Positions 28,573-39,285 of a DNA stretch of 64,000 bases are shown in pieces. The stretch lies in contig JBCCEA010000002.1 in assembly GCA_039030515.1 (NCBI GenBank), positions 96,001-160,000 of the forward strand. Direction: 5' to 3'. The notes below the pieces were generated by a model. The model worked only from the letters and a program-made list of their open reading frames with translations, was not told the origin of the DNA and made no database searches. The position numbers and the translations under genes were made by a program. Origin of the DNA: Myxococcota bacterium (GTDB taxonomy: Bacteria; Myxococcota_A; Polyangia; Polyangiales; Houyiibacteriaceae). Each line of letters opens with the position of its first letter. Within the stretch, counting starts at the first letter, position 1.

Positions 28573-30579
28573 CTAAACGCCGAGCAGCTGTTCCACCTCT
28601 TCGCAAACGCGTTCTTCGGTGATTCCAAATTCGCGATAGAGTCGATTCTGTGGTGCGGAAGCACCGAAATGCTCCAGGGTAACAAACGCAGATCGTGTTC
28701 CGACCCAACGGTCCCATCCCTGACGCACTCCAGCTTCAACCACCACCGTCGGCAAAGCCTTGGGTAGCACTTCCTTCTGGTACTCAGGGGACTGCGCGGC
28801 AAACATTTCCCAAGAGGGCATCGATACCACCCTCGCCCGGATGTCCTGCTTTTGCAAGCGTGCCGCTGCAGCGAGAGCCACATGTACTTCACTCCCTGAA
28901 GCTACCAAAACCACATCATCTAACGCGCTAGACTGTGATGGGTCTTCATCAGAAACATGCCTAGACACCACATAGGCACCTCGGACTGCACCGGCGGTCG
29001 TCGCGGGCGGCAGTACGGGCAGCGGTTGTCGACTGAGGATCAAAGCCGTGGGACCGCTGTACTGCATCACCGCTTGCCAACAGATCACGGTCTCATTTGC
29101 GTCCGCCGGTCGAAATACCCGAAGTCCCGGGATCGCTCTCAGCATAGCCAAATGCTCCACCGGCTGATGCGTCGGCCCGTCTTCTCCAAGTCCTATGGAA
29201 TCGTGGGTGAAGATATAACGAACCGGCAACCCCATCAGCGCCGCCAAACGAATTGCAGGCTTCATGTAGTCACTAAAAACTAGGAACGTCGCAGCAAAGG
29301 GTAGGACACCCCGATGAAGCGCCATACCGCTTGCTGCCGCAGTCATCGCGTGTTCCCGCACTCCCCAATGAACCACGCGAGGGATCTTTGTCGTTTCGGC
29401 TCCAAAAGAGGCTCCATCGATTTGGGTATTGTTGGAACCCGCTAGGTCCGCAGAACCTCCGCAGAACTCCGGAATACGTCGAGCCAGCGCTGCAAGGACC
29501 TGACCGCTCGCCTTTCGAGTCGCGACCGGATACTGCTGGGTGAACATCGGTAGCTGCTCCGCCCAGTCCTTCGGGAGCGCGCCTTGCAAGACGCGTCTGA
29601 ACTCTTGAGCTTCCATCGGGTACGCTGCCTCATATGCCTCGAGACCTGTGCGCCAAGTGGCATGCGCTTCTTTGCCTCGCGCAAGAATCTGCTGCTTTGC
29701 GCCCTGAAGTTCCGCAGGTAGTTCGAACGGATCATAGGGCCATTTCATCTCCGATCTCGTCGCTGCAACTTCCGCCTCACCGAGTGGAGCTCCGTGCGCC
29801 GCAGGCGTTCCTCGTTTGTTCGGAGAGGGCCATCCGATAACCGTGCGCATTCGGATGAGACTTGGTCTCGGATCCATCTTCGCCTGCTCAGCCACTGCAC
29901 AAAGAGCATCCAGATCGTCGCCCGCATCGACGCTGGCAGTGTGCCACCCGTATGCGTCAAAACGCTTGAGCACTTGCTCGGTAAACGTCAGTTCGGTGGA
30001 ACCATCGATGGTGATTCGATTGTCATCCCAAAAGACGATCAGCTTGCCGAGACTCAGATGTCCCGCCAGCGATGCCGCTTCCGCTGCAACTCCCTCCATC
30101 AAGTCACCATCACTCGCGATCACCCAGATGCGATGATCGACCAGCGTGTGATCGGGTCTGTTAAAACGTGCCGCGAGATGTCGCTCCGCCATCGCCATGC
30201 CAACCGCGTTGGCGATACCTTGACCGAGCGGACCGGTTGTGGTCTCGACCCCGGGCGTGTGGCCGTATTCGGGATGCCCCGGGGTACGGCTTCCCCACTG
30301 ACGAAACGCCTTGAGATCGTCTACCTCTAGCTCGTAACCCGAGAGGTGAAGCAATGCATATTGCAGCATCGATGCATGACCGCACGAGAGCACGAAACGG
30401 TCCCGGTCAGACCACTCGGGATCCAGGGGATCGTGGCGTCGAAGCCGTGAAAAAAGCGCCCAACCTATCGGAGCCAGCGCCATCGGCGTACCGGGGTGAC
30501 CCGAGTTGGCCGCCTGCACGGCATCCATAGAAAGGGCTCGGATAGCGCCCAACGCGAAATCGTCAACGGAAGAGTTCAT
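28573..30579 (-). CDS. tkt: Transketolase
   Basis: [54 protein letters not shown]. Confidence 0.98.
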   Translation of the reverse strand: MNSSVDDFALGAIRALSMDAVQAANSGHPGTPMALAPIGWALFSRLRRHDPLDPEWSDRDRFVLSCGHASMLQYALLHLSGYELEVDDLKAFRQWGSRTPGHPEYGHTPGVETTTGPLGQGIANAVGMAMAERHLAARFNRPDHTLVDHRIWVIASDGDLMEGVAAEAASLAGHLSLGKLIVFWDDNRITIDGSTELTFTEQVLKRFDAYGWHTASVDAGDDLDALCAVAEQAKMDPRPSLIRMRTVIGWPSPNKRGTPAAHGAPLGEAEVAATRSEMKWPYDPFELPAELQGAKQQILARGKEAHATWRTGLEAYEAAYPMEAQEFRRVLQGALPKDWAEQLPMFTQQYPVATRKASGQVLAALARRIPEFCGGSADLAGSNNTQIDGASFGAETTKIPRVVHWGVREHAMTAAASGMALHRGVLPFAATFLVFSDYMKPAIRLAALMGLPVRYIFTHDSIGLGEDGPTHQPVEHLAMLRAIPGLRVFRPADANETVICWQAVMQYSGPTALILSRQPLPVLPPATTAGAVRGAYVVSRHVSDEDPSQSSALDDVVLVASGSEVHVALAAAARLQKQDIRARVVSMPSWEMFAAQSPEYQKEVLPKALPTVVVEAGVRQGWDRWVGTRSAFVTLEHFGASAPQNRLYREFGITEERVCEEVEQLLGV

Positions 30580-30630
30580 GGTCGCGCGCGGATCTAGCAG
30601 CGATCTCGAAGATTGGCTATCGCGACCTCA

Positions 30631-32298
30631 CTATTGAAAATTATAGTTGACCGCGAAAGAAAGGACATGAAAGTGGGAAGAATATGTTCCTGAGTTCACC
30701 ACGGTTCCGGCGCCAGACTCAGCAAACGCGACTGCTTCTTCTCTCGTTGTAGAGTCATTGCCCTCAGCGACCACCTGCTCGATTCGAGCATCCTCCTGAG
30801 AGACGCGCATGGTCTTGTTTCGCAAAAACGCATAGGCGATCGAAAGGTCGAGCTTACCAAACCGCAAGGTTCCGCCAGTGTGCAAGCCGTAACGCTGATG
30901 GGGCATGAAGTCCAAAGTGTTGTACCCGTCGCTAACGCCGTTAGTTTCGAAGGAGAACCCGGCACGTACCGCCGCAAAACCCGGGACGACGTTATAATCT
31001 CCACCCAGTCGAAGAGAGACCTGGTCACGCCATCGGTGGGGAACCGCAGCGACATCTGGCAGGCTGGTTGCAAGATCGAGAAGGGGAATCGTAGCATCGT
31101 CTGCAACATCGATGATGAAGTCGTCCACCAGGGAGTTTCGCTCGTAAACGACGTTCAGCTCCACATCAAAGCGCTCGGTCGCCATCGAATCTTGAATGCC
31201 CGGAGCTCCAGCTACCACACCCCGAGGGTCCTGAGTTCGGGGCGCGATGCGATCTGAATAGCGAACGCCGAAAGCGAGCTGCCACGGCTGGGGCGCATGC
31301 AGAGTGTTGCCTCCAATGTTCTTTTTACAGGTAGGAAAGGGTGGAATCAGCCCGAGATCGATATTGTCGCAGTTCTCGATTCGATCGCTTGGGCTGGCCT
31401 GATAGTAGCGGGGCGTGAAGGTCAGGTCTCCATCCGCGTTGACGTCGTCCTGCCATAAAAAACTGACCATCACATCGAGGTTGTCGTAGGGAATGGCGTG
31501 AGCGCTCACCATGAATCGGGGGATGAAGGCATCGGTAGCGTTGAGACGGGTGCGAATATCCTGGCCGAGAACCTCGGAACCTAAGGCCACCGACATCATA
31601 GAATAGTCAAAAATTCCAACGCCCCATCCGAAGCTTGCCCCCACCGAAAAACGAGGATGAATACGGTACCCAGCCCCTACGGTGGGGTAAAAAATGAGAA
31701 GTTCAGACGAAAGCAGCTGATAGCGCGAAGGTGAAGGCAACTGTCCGACCTGATGCTGATCGTAATCTACAACCAGGTCAGAGTTGCCGAACTGCGTCGA
31801 ACCTACTGCGGGCGGAGCCAATATTCCGAAGCCGACCCCCAGCTTTTCAGACACTCTCCAAGTGAACGCCAGCTCAGGAACGACATTCGCCGGTCCCGAA
31901 TTGCAAACCTCTCGCAATTCAGCGCGACCGTAACCATTGGGTAGCCCGTCGGTTGCTGCGCCAAAACGCGTCGTGGGCTCTCCAGCTACCGTATCTGCAC
32001 TATTGACGCGTCCGTCAGAAGTATAGGTGCCGGTGCGTGAGTGACACGCGTTGTACAAGGTCAGGTTCGTATTGAGTGCAAGTTGACGCCCGTACAGGTT
32101 TGCCAGATTTGCAGGATTGTAAAACAGGGCCATCGCATCATCGGCACGAGCCGCGAAAGCGCCTCCTCTGCCCAACGCACGTGTGCCCGCTGCACTGTGC
32201 TCATAGCCACCCGCAAAAACCGGTGTCGGTGAACTTACCGATATGACGGTCACCAGGACGAGAAAAAACAAAGACTGGGTCGCTACAACTTGACGCAT
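30631..32298 (-). CDS. FadL/Toluene_X family outer-membrane transporter
   Basis: Signal peptide, then G..ALGRGGAFAARADD..A..YNPA.LA, W.DQ...RLG.DY, VRAG..FE; aromatic C-terminus. Start moved to ATG 32298. Confidence 0.85.
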   Translation of the reverse strand: MRQVVATQSLFFLVLVTVISVSSPTPVFAGGYEHSAAGTRALGRGGAFAARADDAMALFYNPANLANLYGRQLALNTNLTLYNACHSRTGTYTSDGRVNSADTVAGEPTTRFGAATDGLPNGYGRAELREVCNSGPANVVPELAFTWRVSEKLGVGFGILAPPAVGSTQFGNSDLVVDYDQHQVGQLPSPSRYQLLSSELLIFYPTVGAGYRIHPRFSVGASFGWGVGIFDYSMMSVALGSEVLGQDIRTRLNATDAFIPRFMVSAHAIPYDNLDVMVSFLWQDDVNADGDLTFTPRYYQASPSDRIENCDNIDLGLIPPFPTCKKNIGGNTLHAPQPWQLAFGVRYSDRIAPRTQDPRGVVAGAPGIQDSMATERFDVELNVVYERNSLVDDFIIDVADDATIPLLDLATSLPDVAAVPHRWRDQVSLRLGGDYNVVPGFAAVRAGFSFETNGVSDGYNTLDFMPHQRYGLHTGGTLRFGKLDLSIAYAFLRNKTMRVSQEDARIEQVVAEGNDSTTREEAVAFAESGAGTVVNSGTYSSHFHVLSFAVNYNFQ

Positions 32299-32403
32299 CC
32301 TAAATATCCACTCCGACCGAACAAAGGGGGAGAGTTTAGCGGAATGGCTGTTATGCGCTTGGATAAACAGAACTCTTTCTGTGAGCACAGACATACCGCA
32401 CGG

Positions 32404-32460
32404 GAATGCCAAACAACGCAATGCGTTATGACGCGCAGCGCAGTGCGTTGTTTGGCATTC
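32404..32460. repeat. Perfect 17-bp inverted repeat / long hairpin
   Basis: GAATGCCAAACAACGCA (32404-20) and TGCGTTGTTTGGCATTC (32444-60), between the dnaB stop and the fadL-like start. Confidence 0.85.
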
Positions 32461-32538
32461 TGCTATCTGAAGAGAGGGCACATCAAGAGAAAACGAGCCG
32501 AGCAACTTTGGCGCGGTTAGGCATCTAGTTACAGTGCA

Positions 32539-33900
32539 CTAGCCAGATATAAACGCTTCTTCTCCGTAGTCTTCAGCTAGGTTGTCAAAGCGTGTGTGCT
32601 CTCCTGAAAATCGGCACTTACAAATGCCCGTTGGGCCCGCTCTTTGTTTGCCAATGATGATTTCAGCAAGACCCTGAACGCTCGGATCATCTTTGTTATA
32701 AACTTCTTCGCGATAGACAAAGAGAATCACATCGGCATCTTGCTCGATAGCTCCAGACTCACGAAGATCTGAAATCTGAGGTCGTCTATCACCACCCCGA
32801 GACTCAACACTTCGATTGAGCTGCGAAAGCGCGACGACCGGTAGCCTAAGCTCTTTTGATAACCCCTTGAGTGACCGGCTAATCTCACTGATTTCTTGCT
32901 CACGACTGTCGTGTCTTCCGCCAGAGCGCATGAGCTGTAGATAATCGATGATGACTAAAGCCAAACCCTGCTCCGAATTGAGCCTTCTGCATTTGGCTCT
33001 TACTTCCATCAAACTCAGACCAGGCGTATCGTCGACCCATATGGGCAGTTCGCTCAAAACGCCGGCTGCATTCGCTAGCTTGGGCCAATCATCTCTTCCG
33101 ATCTGACCTGTTCGCATCCGCGTTCCAGCAACGCGTGCTTCGCTAGCTAACATACGACGAACCAATTCTTCCTTGCTCATCTCAAGGGAAAAAATCGCGA
33201 CCGTCTTCCTGCGAGCAGAGGACGCATTGACCGCAAGGTTCAATGCAAATGCAGTCTTCCCCATACCGGGTCGACCTGCGATGACCATCAGTTCGCCTGG
33301 GTGAAGCCCGGCGGTCTTTTTGTCCAAGATCTGGAACCCCGTCGGCAGCCCGGTGATGTCATCCCCCCGCTCGGCAGCCTCATTGATGTTGCGGAACGTT
33401 TGTAGGATCACATCTTTGATGTGTTCGTAAGGATGTCGCAGGCGTTCCTTTGCTACGCTGAACACCGCTCGCTCCGCCATGTCGAGAAACTCCTCGACAT
33501 CTCCATACTCGGTGTAGCCTTTGGCAGTCACTTCATGACATGCAGTGAGCAAATTTCGAACGACGGACTTCTCGTGAACGATCCGCGCATGAGCTTCGAT
33601 ATTGCCCACAGTGGGTATTGTTTCGGTCAGAGCAAGTAGATGATCATCTCCGCCGATCGCCTGGAGCTTGCCGCGACCGACGAGCTCTTCACGAAGTGTC
33701 ACCGTATCGACGGGCTGACCTCTCTTGAAGAGACCACACATGCAGTCGAAAACAACCGCATTCGCTTCTGCATAAAACTCCTCCGGCGTGAGTTCTTGCA
33801 TCACGACATTCAGTGCTTCGTTCTCTAAGAGAATGCCGCCAAGAACAGCGCGCTCTGCATCCAGGGAATGCGGCGGTATGCGCCCCTTTATCTCCGTCAA
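32539..33900 (-). CDS. dnaB: Replicative DNA helicase
   Basis: PPHS.DAE..VLG, GRPGMGKT, IDYLQL, LSQLNR, DLRESGAIEQDAD, KQR.GP; no intein. Confidence 0.98.
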   Translation of the reverse strand: MTEIKGRIPPHSLDAERAVLGGILLENEALNVVMQELTPEEFYAEANAVVFDCMCGLFKRGQPVDTVTLREELVGRGKLQAIGGDDHLLALTETIPTVGNIEAHARIVHEKSVVRNLLTACHEVTAKGYTEYGDVEEFLDMAERAVFSVAKERLRHPYEHIKDVILQTFRNINEAAERGDDITGLPTGFQILDKKTAGLHPGELMVIAGRPGMGKTAFALNLAVNASSARRKTVAIFSLEMSKEELVRRMLASEARVAGTRMRTGQIGRDDWPKLANAAGVLSELPIWVDDTPGLSLMEVRAKCRRLNSEQGLALVIIDYLQLMRSGGRHDSREQEISEISRSLKGLSKELRLPVVALSQLNRSVESRGGDRRPQISDLRESGAIEQDADVILFVYREEVYNKDDPSVQGLAEIIIGKQRAGPTGICKCRFSGEHTRFDNLAEDYGEEAFISG

Positions 33901-34042
33901 AGTTCGGGCCTCCTACACGTGCTTTGGCGGCGGTCAAACGGAGTCTGTGCGGCACCTTAGACGATGAGACACTACAACGAGGACTGCCTCGAAATCCTGG
34001 AGTTCGCGAACGGCAGTGTACCTAATGGCGTCAGCTAATCGG

Positions 34043-34513
34043 TCACGCGTCTGGGGCAGCACTCACCACAAGGGTACATGTGGCATGTATCCCGCCGGTA
34101 AGCTTCATCGCGATGGAATATTCACCGGCGCTTTTGATCGCTTCCGAGGGCATCTCGATCTTGCGCCGATCCACCTCATACCCCTTGGATTTGAGCAGGT
34201 CTGCTACTTCCTGGGCGGTTACCGACCCGTAGAGTTTCCCCTCTGCTCCGGCTCGCTTCTCGATCTGCAGAGAGAGTTTCGCTAACGCCGCGGCCACCTC
34301 CGAAGCCTCGTGGCGTAGTTTCTGAGCTCGAGCCTTTGCATTGCGCTTCTCATGCTCGAGTTGCTTGACGCTTCCGCTGGTCGCGATGGCAACCAAACCA
34401 CGAGGAAGAAGGTAATTCCTAAAGTAGCCGGGGCGAACTCGAACTACATCGCCAACCGTACCTAGGTTATCGACATCCTCTTTGAGGATGACATCTACAC
34501 TTGCTCGTCCCAT
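34043..34513 (-). CDS. rplI: 50S ribosomal protein L9
   Basis: VIL..DV.NLG..GDVV.V.PGY.RNYL.P, GKLYGSVT. Confidence 0.97.
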   Translation of the reverse strand: MGRASVDVILKEDVDNLGTVGDVVRVRPGYFRNYLLPRGLVAIATSGSVKQLEHEKRNAKARAQKLRHEASEVAAALAKLSLQIEKRAGAEGKLYGSVTAQEVADLLKSKGYEVDRRKIEMPSEAIKSAGEYSIAMKLTGGIHATCTLVVSAAPDA

Positions 34514-34533
34514 CTCTTATCTCCGCGTAATCG

Positions 34534-35001
34534 CTACTTCACCGCAGTAAACGGAAGGAGTGCAATCATTCGAGCTCTCTTGACTGCTACAGTGAGTTTT
34601 CTCTGCTGACTGGCGGTTAGGCCGGTAATTCTGCGCGGAACAATTTTTCCACGATCTGTGAGAAAAAACCGAAGTCTCTGAGGGTCTTTGTAGTCGAAGA
34701 GAAACTCATCATCCATGGCGAAGGACGGAGGCCGCTTTCGGTTTGCGCGTCGGCGTCGGATACCTAGAGGGTCCGTATCTGCGCGTCCCTCACGGATCAC
34801 GGTACCTTTGGGTGAATCTCCTCGGTCATCGTCGTGCATTTCGTCATCTGCACGTGCCTCGCGAATAACGGTTCCCCGAGGGACCGCTCTTTGCTCTCCG
34901 GTTCGTTGTTCGCTTGGCCGTGCGGCGACTTCAGCTGGAGCATCCACACGGGACGCAGTGGAAGTGGTGTCTCGTTCTTGATCATGCATTTCGTTGGACA
35001 T
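34534..35001 (-). CDS. rpsR: 30S ribosomal protein S18 with long N-terminal extension, zinc-free type
   Basis: DYKD...LR.F.T.RGKI.PRRITG, VKRAR..ALLPF; no Cys. Confidence 0.95.
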   Translation of the reverse strand: MSNEMHDQERDTTSTASRVDAPAEVAARPSEQRTGEQRAVPRGTVIREARADDEMHDDDRGDSPKGTVIREGRADTDPLGIRRRRANRKRPPSFAMDDEFLFDYKDPQRLRFFLTDRGKIVPRRITGLTASQQRKLTVAVKRARMIALLPFTAVK

Positions 35002-35003
35002 GT

Positions 35004-35636
35004 TCACTCCGTCGCCGGCAGCTCATCTGCATCGGGCTTCTCTTCGCTAGAACCGGCGCTGTTCCCAGAGCCGCCCTCTTCACCGGTCGATCCGCTCGTG
35101 TCCTCGGCCTTCGCGGGTTCTTCTTCGACCACTGCCGCATCGGCTTCGACCACTGCCGCATCAGCCTCTTTTTCTTGTTCGGTCTCTGCTTCGTTTGAGC
35201 GGGCCGACGCAGTCGTACCGAAGAGCTGTTCTACAGTTGAATCTTCTTCTTCCTCTTCCACGTGCTCGATCGGCAGGAACTTTACCTCCTCGGGATCGAC
35301 TTCGATCTCTTTTGGATCGGTTGTGTAATCACGAAGCCGTACGGTTTGATGACGAATGACGTCGTCAAGCATTCGTAAGTTCCGCTCCAGCTCAGCCACT
35401 AGGTCAGAGAAACCGACATAGCGAGTGTAAATAAACACTCCACGGGTGTGCTTCTGAATGCTGTACGACAGGCGTCTTCGACCCCAGTTGTCCACTCGGG
35501 TCATCTTACCGCCGCCTCGATCGATGACTTCGCGGATTCGAGTAGCTACTTTTTCCGCATCATCTGGTTCGACGTTTGGTCGAAGGATGTAAATCGTTTC
35601 GTATTCGCGTGCCCACCGGCTTGGTGAGTTTGTCAT
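35004..35636 (-). CDS. rpsF: 30S ribosomal protein S6 with long acidic tail
   Basis: [31 protein letters not shown]. Start moved to ATG 35636. Confidence 0.96.
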   Translation of the reverse strand: MTNSPSRWAREYETIYILRPNVEPDDAEKVATRIREVIDRGGGKMTRVDNWGRRRLSYSIQKHTRGVFIYTRYVGFSDLVAELERNLRMLDDVIRHQTVRLRDYTTDPKEIEVDPEEVKFLPIEHVEEEEEDSTVEQLFGTTASARSNEAETEQEKEADAAVVEADAAVVEEEPAKAEDTSGSTGEEGGSGNSAGSSEEKPDADELPATE

Positions 35637-35651
35637 TTGCTGAACCACAGG

Positions 35652-35691
35652 TCCTCCCGAACGAAGCCCCAACGATATTCGGAGCGAGGAA
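35652..35691 (-). promoter_or_regulatory. Candidate S6:S18 autoregulatory leader hairpin sequestering the SD
   Basis: Minus strand TCCT-CGC-TCCGAAT...GTTCGGG-AGGA: a bulged stem that pairs with GGAGGA upstream of rpsF. Confidence 0.4.
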
Positions 35692-35821
35692 GCCCGAGGG
35701 CTAGCGCAATATCGGCAACGGATCCAGCGGATTCCGAACCGCGGCCTCAAATGAAGGGGTCGAGGATCTCACAGGGTTCGGGCGCCGAAACGTCTCGCTC
35801 GGCACACAGCGACGGCCCCAG

Positions 35822-36388
35822 CTAGCTCTTGCCGTGGTGACGATTCATGGCTGCAGACATTCCCTCTTTGGCGACAGTCTCAAAAACCGCCGCAACCTTC
35901 GTCAGTATCTCGGGGAGCTCTGCCCGTTCGAGCGCTGAAAAATCCGACAGCAACCAGTCTCTCGGCCGCCTCGCACCGACGGGTCTCCCGACACCCACCC
36001 GGAGCCGATGAAATGCTCCGCTATCGAGATGGCTTCCAATGGACTTCAAACCGTTATGCCCTGCAAAACCTCCGCCGGTTTTGAGACGCAGTTCACCGAA
36101 GGGTAAGTCCAGCTCATCGTGAACAACGAGCACTCGATCCACCCTGAGCTTGAAGAAGCGTGACGCTGCCTGAACTGACTCTCCACTGAGGTTCATGAAG
36201 GTCATCGGCTTGAGAAGCGCGAAATCTCCCAAAGACTCGGAACTGACCTTGGCAAACAGCCCGCGAAATTTATCGCGAAACACGACTTGATGTTTCTCTG
36301 CGAGCCCGTCGAGAGCTTGGAATCCGATATTGTGTCGGTTCCGTACGTATTGCTCGCCGGGGTTACCTAATCCTACTACCAGGAGCAT
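35822..36388 (-). CDS. pth: Peptidyl-tRNA hydrolase
   Basis: VGLGNPG..Y..NRHNIGF, KPMTFMNLSG, HDELD, GHNGLKS. Confidence 0.97.
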   Translation of the reverse strand: MLLVVGLGNPGEQYVRNRHNIGFQALDGLAEKHQVVFRDKFRGLFAKVSSESLGDFALLKPMTFMNLSGESVQAASRFFKLRVDRVLVVHDELDLPFGELRLKTGGGFAGHNGLKSIGSHLDSGAFHRLRVGVGRPVGARRPRDWLLSDFSALERAELPEILTKVAAVFETVAKEGMSAAMNRHHGKS

Positions 36389-36499
36389 GCGTCAGAAGTC
36401 CTCAATCGTCTAAGTGCGCACTCCGAAACCCAAAGTGAAACCTGGAGAGTTCAAGGCCACACTTTAGAGCCTCAGATCAGGCTGTCTGCCAGGTGCGCC

Positions 36500-37105
36500 C
36501 TAACTTTTGGCTTCTTCACCCTCGGATGCCTTGCGTGCCTCCGCAGTTGCCCGCCGATCCTCTGTAACGAGTACGATGCGAAGCTCGGATTTCATTTCCA
36601 GGGAAACTCCATCCGGTAGAGATACTTCTCCAGCTTCAACCATCTCACCGATTTTTAGCGAGGTCACATCGATGGTGAGCGATGCGGGGATATCGCTTGG
36701 CTTTGCCCTAACCCGCATGGAGCGAATCGGGACATTAAGCTTTCCACCCATTTGGACACCCAAGGCGCGACCATGGGTACGAACTGGAACCTCCACAACC
36801 ATCTCCTGATCGATCTCCACTCGTAGGAAGTCTACGTGAACTGGAGCTTGCGTCACCGGATGCACGTCGAGGTCCTTGACGATCGCAAATTCCTGTCGAG
36901 TATCCAGTTTGAGCTGAATGACCGCGTTTCTACGGTACTCAGTCGACAAGATGCGAACGACATCCTCCGGAGTCACAGTGAGCGCTGTGGACTCGATCCC
37001 CGGGCCATAGAGAACGCCGGGCATTTGACCATTGGCTCGAAGCTTACGGGATGAGCCCTTGCCACGCGACGTGCGTACTGTGGCCGAAAGCGATTGCATT
37101 TCCAT
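36500..37105 (-). CDS. rplY: 50S ribosomal protein L25/Ctc
   Basis: GKG.SR.LR..G..PGVLYG, HPV....HVDF, GV..GG. Confidence 0.95.
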   Translation of the reverse strand: MEMQSLSATVRTSRGKGSSRKLRANGQMPGVLYGPGIESTALTVTPEDVVRILSTEYRRNAVIQLKLDTRQEFAIVKDLDVHPVTQAPVHVDFLRVEIDQEMVVEVPVRTHGRALGVQMGGKLNVPIRSMRVRAKPSDIPASLTIDVTSLKIGEMVEAGEVSLPDGVSLEMKSELRIVLVTEDRRATAEARKASEGEEAKS

Positions 37106-37158
37106 TTCTAATACTCCTAATTATCGGCCGCGACCGCCTCTGTTCCTACGCGAGGGCA

Positions 37159-38103
37159 TCATACGAAAAGCGAACTTACCGAATCACCGTGATGGATGCG
37201 CTTGATGGTCTCTCCTAGGAGGCGCGCCACGGAAAGCACCCGAAACTTTCCTACGTGTTTTGTTTCCTCTCGCAGCGGAATCGTATCGGTCACGATGACT
37301 TCCTCGATCGGAGAGTCGACGAGTCTCTGCAGAGCTGGACCTGAGAGCACGGCGTGAGTCGCAGCCGCCATCACTCTTCTAGCGTTTCGGTCTAACAAAG
37401 CTTGAGCCGCGTTACATATTGTACCCGCGGTGTCGATCATGTCGTCGAGGAGCACGCAGTCTTTTCCTTCGACATCGCCAATGATGTGCATGACCTCGCT
37501 GACGTTGGCCGCAGAACGGCGCTTGTCGATGATCGCAAGGTCTGCGCTCATCCGTTTTGCATAAGCCCGGGTGCGTTCTACCCCTCCGGCGTCAGGAGAC
37601 ACGAACACTGGCGGCTCTGAAGGAAACTTCGTTCGCAAATACTCAAGAAAAACCGGCATGGCGTAGATGTGGTCAAAGGGCACGTCGAAAAAACCTTGGA
37701 TCTGACCCGCATGCAAATCCATGCCGACGACGCGACTGACGCCCGATCTTGAGAGCAAGTCCGCGACCAGTTTCGCGGTAATGGGTGTACGCGGAGCAAC
37801 TTTGCGATCCTGTCTTGCGTATCCGTAGTAAGGAAGCATCGCGGTGATCGAGGCAGCTGAGGCACGCTTGAGCGCGTCCGTAATCACCAGAAGCTCCATG
37901 AGATTGTCGTTCACTGGAGCGCAGGTGGGCTGGACGACGTATACGTCGACGCCGCGGACATTTTGCTGAACCTCAGCGAACACCTCACCGTCTGAAAAGC
38001 GAGAGACGCGACACCGACCTACCGGAATTTTTAGGTAGTCGGCGATATTCTCTGCGAGTGTGATGTTCGAGTTGCCAGAGAAGATACTTATGGACTTGGA
38101 CAT
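37159..38103 (-). CDS. prs: Ribose-phosphate pyrophosphokinase
   Basis: RFSDGE, PYYGYARQDRK, DLHAGQIQGFF, VSPDAGG, DDMIDTAGT. Start moved to ATG 38103. Confidence 0.98.
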   Translation of the reverse strand: MSKSISIFSGNSNITLAENIADYLKIPVGRCRVSRFSDGEVFAEVQQNVRGVDVYVVQPTCAPVNDNLMELLVITDALKRASAASITAMLPYYGYARQDRKVAPRTPITAKLVADLLSRSGVSRVVGMDLHAGQIQGFFDVPFDHIYAMPVFLEYLRTKFPSEPPVFVSPDAGGVERTRAYAKRMSADLAIIDKRRSAANVSEVMHIIGDVEGKDCVLLDDMIDTAGTICNAAQALLDRNARRVMAAATHAVLSGPALQRLVDSPIEEVIVTDTIPLREETKHVGKFRVLSVARLLGETIKRIHHGDSVSSLFV

Positions 38104-38418
38104 GGGGTCGGTCGCAGCCGTGCCGTAAAGAGGGCATCGGGTAGCACTGCACCTAGTGGATGTCAAAGATGGCGCCAATACTGCACATCACGCATCCACT
38201 GAAAACGACACGACCGTCGCTGAAGATGCCCGGTGCGATGCAGCAATCGAGGTGCGGCGCGGCTCGTGCCGACTTTTTTTTTTGACGAAAACTCCAGAGT
38301 TCAAAGGCCTTCTGCCGGAAAGCTTTTTGGATCCAGGCAAGGATCCACAGACGAATCCTTGAGAGGCACACGCCAGCTGTTATAAGACCGTCCCTCGGAC
38401 GTCGGGAGGGAACCCTTG

Positions 38419-39255
38419 ATGTCGGCTCTCATTAGTTTGATCACCGATCGCGTCAGTTTCGAATCGCTCTGGCGTGAGGCATTAGAACAACATGGCTTCG
38501 GGATTCAATCGAGCAAACCGGACCATCTGATATCCGCTGCGCGAGAAGGAGCGTTTCTCGTCGTTGACGCGGATTGCCACGCCTTTGACGAAAACGAGCT
38601 ACTGCTGTCTGTCGGATTTGCGCGGGCGGTGGGAGCCGTTCCAGTGGCGTCGATGGCGAGCACCCAGCGCATGCGGTCGGTAGACGACGTCATCGATGAA
38701 TTGTGCTTTGGGCTGGTAGCTCGGGGAGAGGCAGACGTTCCACGAATTGCTGCGGCGCTCGCGCGAAGGGCAAATGCGGTGCGCTCCGAGCGCTTCGAAT
38801 TCGTTACCGTTTCTCCGCGGGAGCGTGAACTCCTCGTCATCATGGGCGATGGACGTTCGGTATTGGTACCGCGTCCGATCGGCACCGAGGATAGCGGTGC
38901 AGAGATCGCCCAGATTTCGCTTGCAGACGATGCATACACGGCAACTTTGGAGCTGAGCGACGGCGCCACTCTGGAACTCAAAGCAGCTGAAATCGAGGGT
39001 CCTCAGCGTTCGCCAACTCGATCTGCCGATGCCGCGCCGCCAACACCGATCAACGGTGCAAAACTCGGCGCACGACTTCGAGAGTTACGTCTCAAGGCTC
39101 AGTTGACTCAGGCCGAACTCGCAAGAAGAACGGGAATCCACCGTCCGAACATCGCTCGAGTCGAAGCCGGTAGACATACTCCTTCACTGGAAACGCTATC
39201 GCGTTTGGCTACTGCGATCGGAGTTTCCACAACTCTTGTTTTGTCGGAGGACTGA
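38419..39255 (+). CDS. XRE-family HTH regulator with N-terminal receiver-like and central DUF2442-like regions
   Basis: C-terminal LGARLRELR....LTQAELARRTGIHRPNIARVEAGRHTPSLETL; GGGAGG RBS. The upstream domains are inferred from sequence pattern. Confidence 0.85.
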   Translation: MSALISLITDRVSFESLWREALEQHGFGIQSSKPDHLISAAREGAFLVVDADCHAFDENELLLSVGFARAVGAVPVASMASTQRMRSVDDVIDELCFGLVARGEADVPRIAAALARRANAVRSERFEFVTVSPRERELLVIMGDGRSVLVPRPIGTEDSGAEIAQISLADDAYTATLELSDGATLELKAAEIEGPQRSPTRSADAAPPTPINGAKLGARLRELRLKAQLTQAELARRTGIHRPNIARVEAGRHTPSLETLSRLATAIGVSTTLVLSED

Positions 39256-39285
39256 ATCTCTAGCTCTTGGTTCTGTGGGTCGGCA

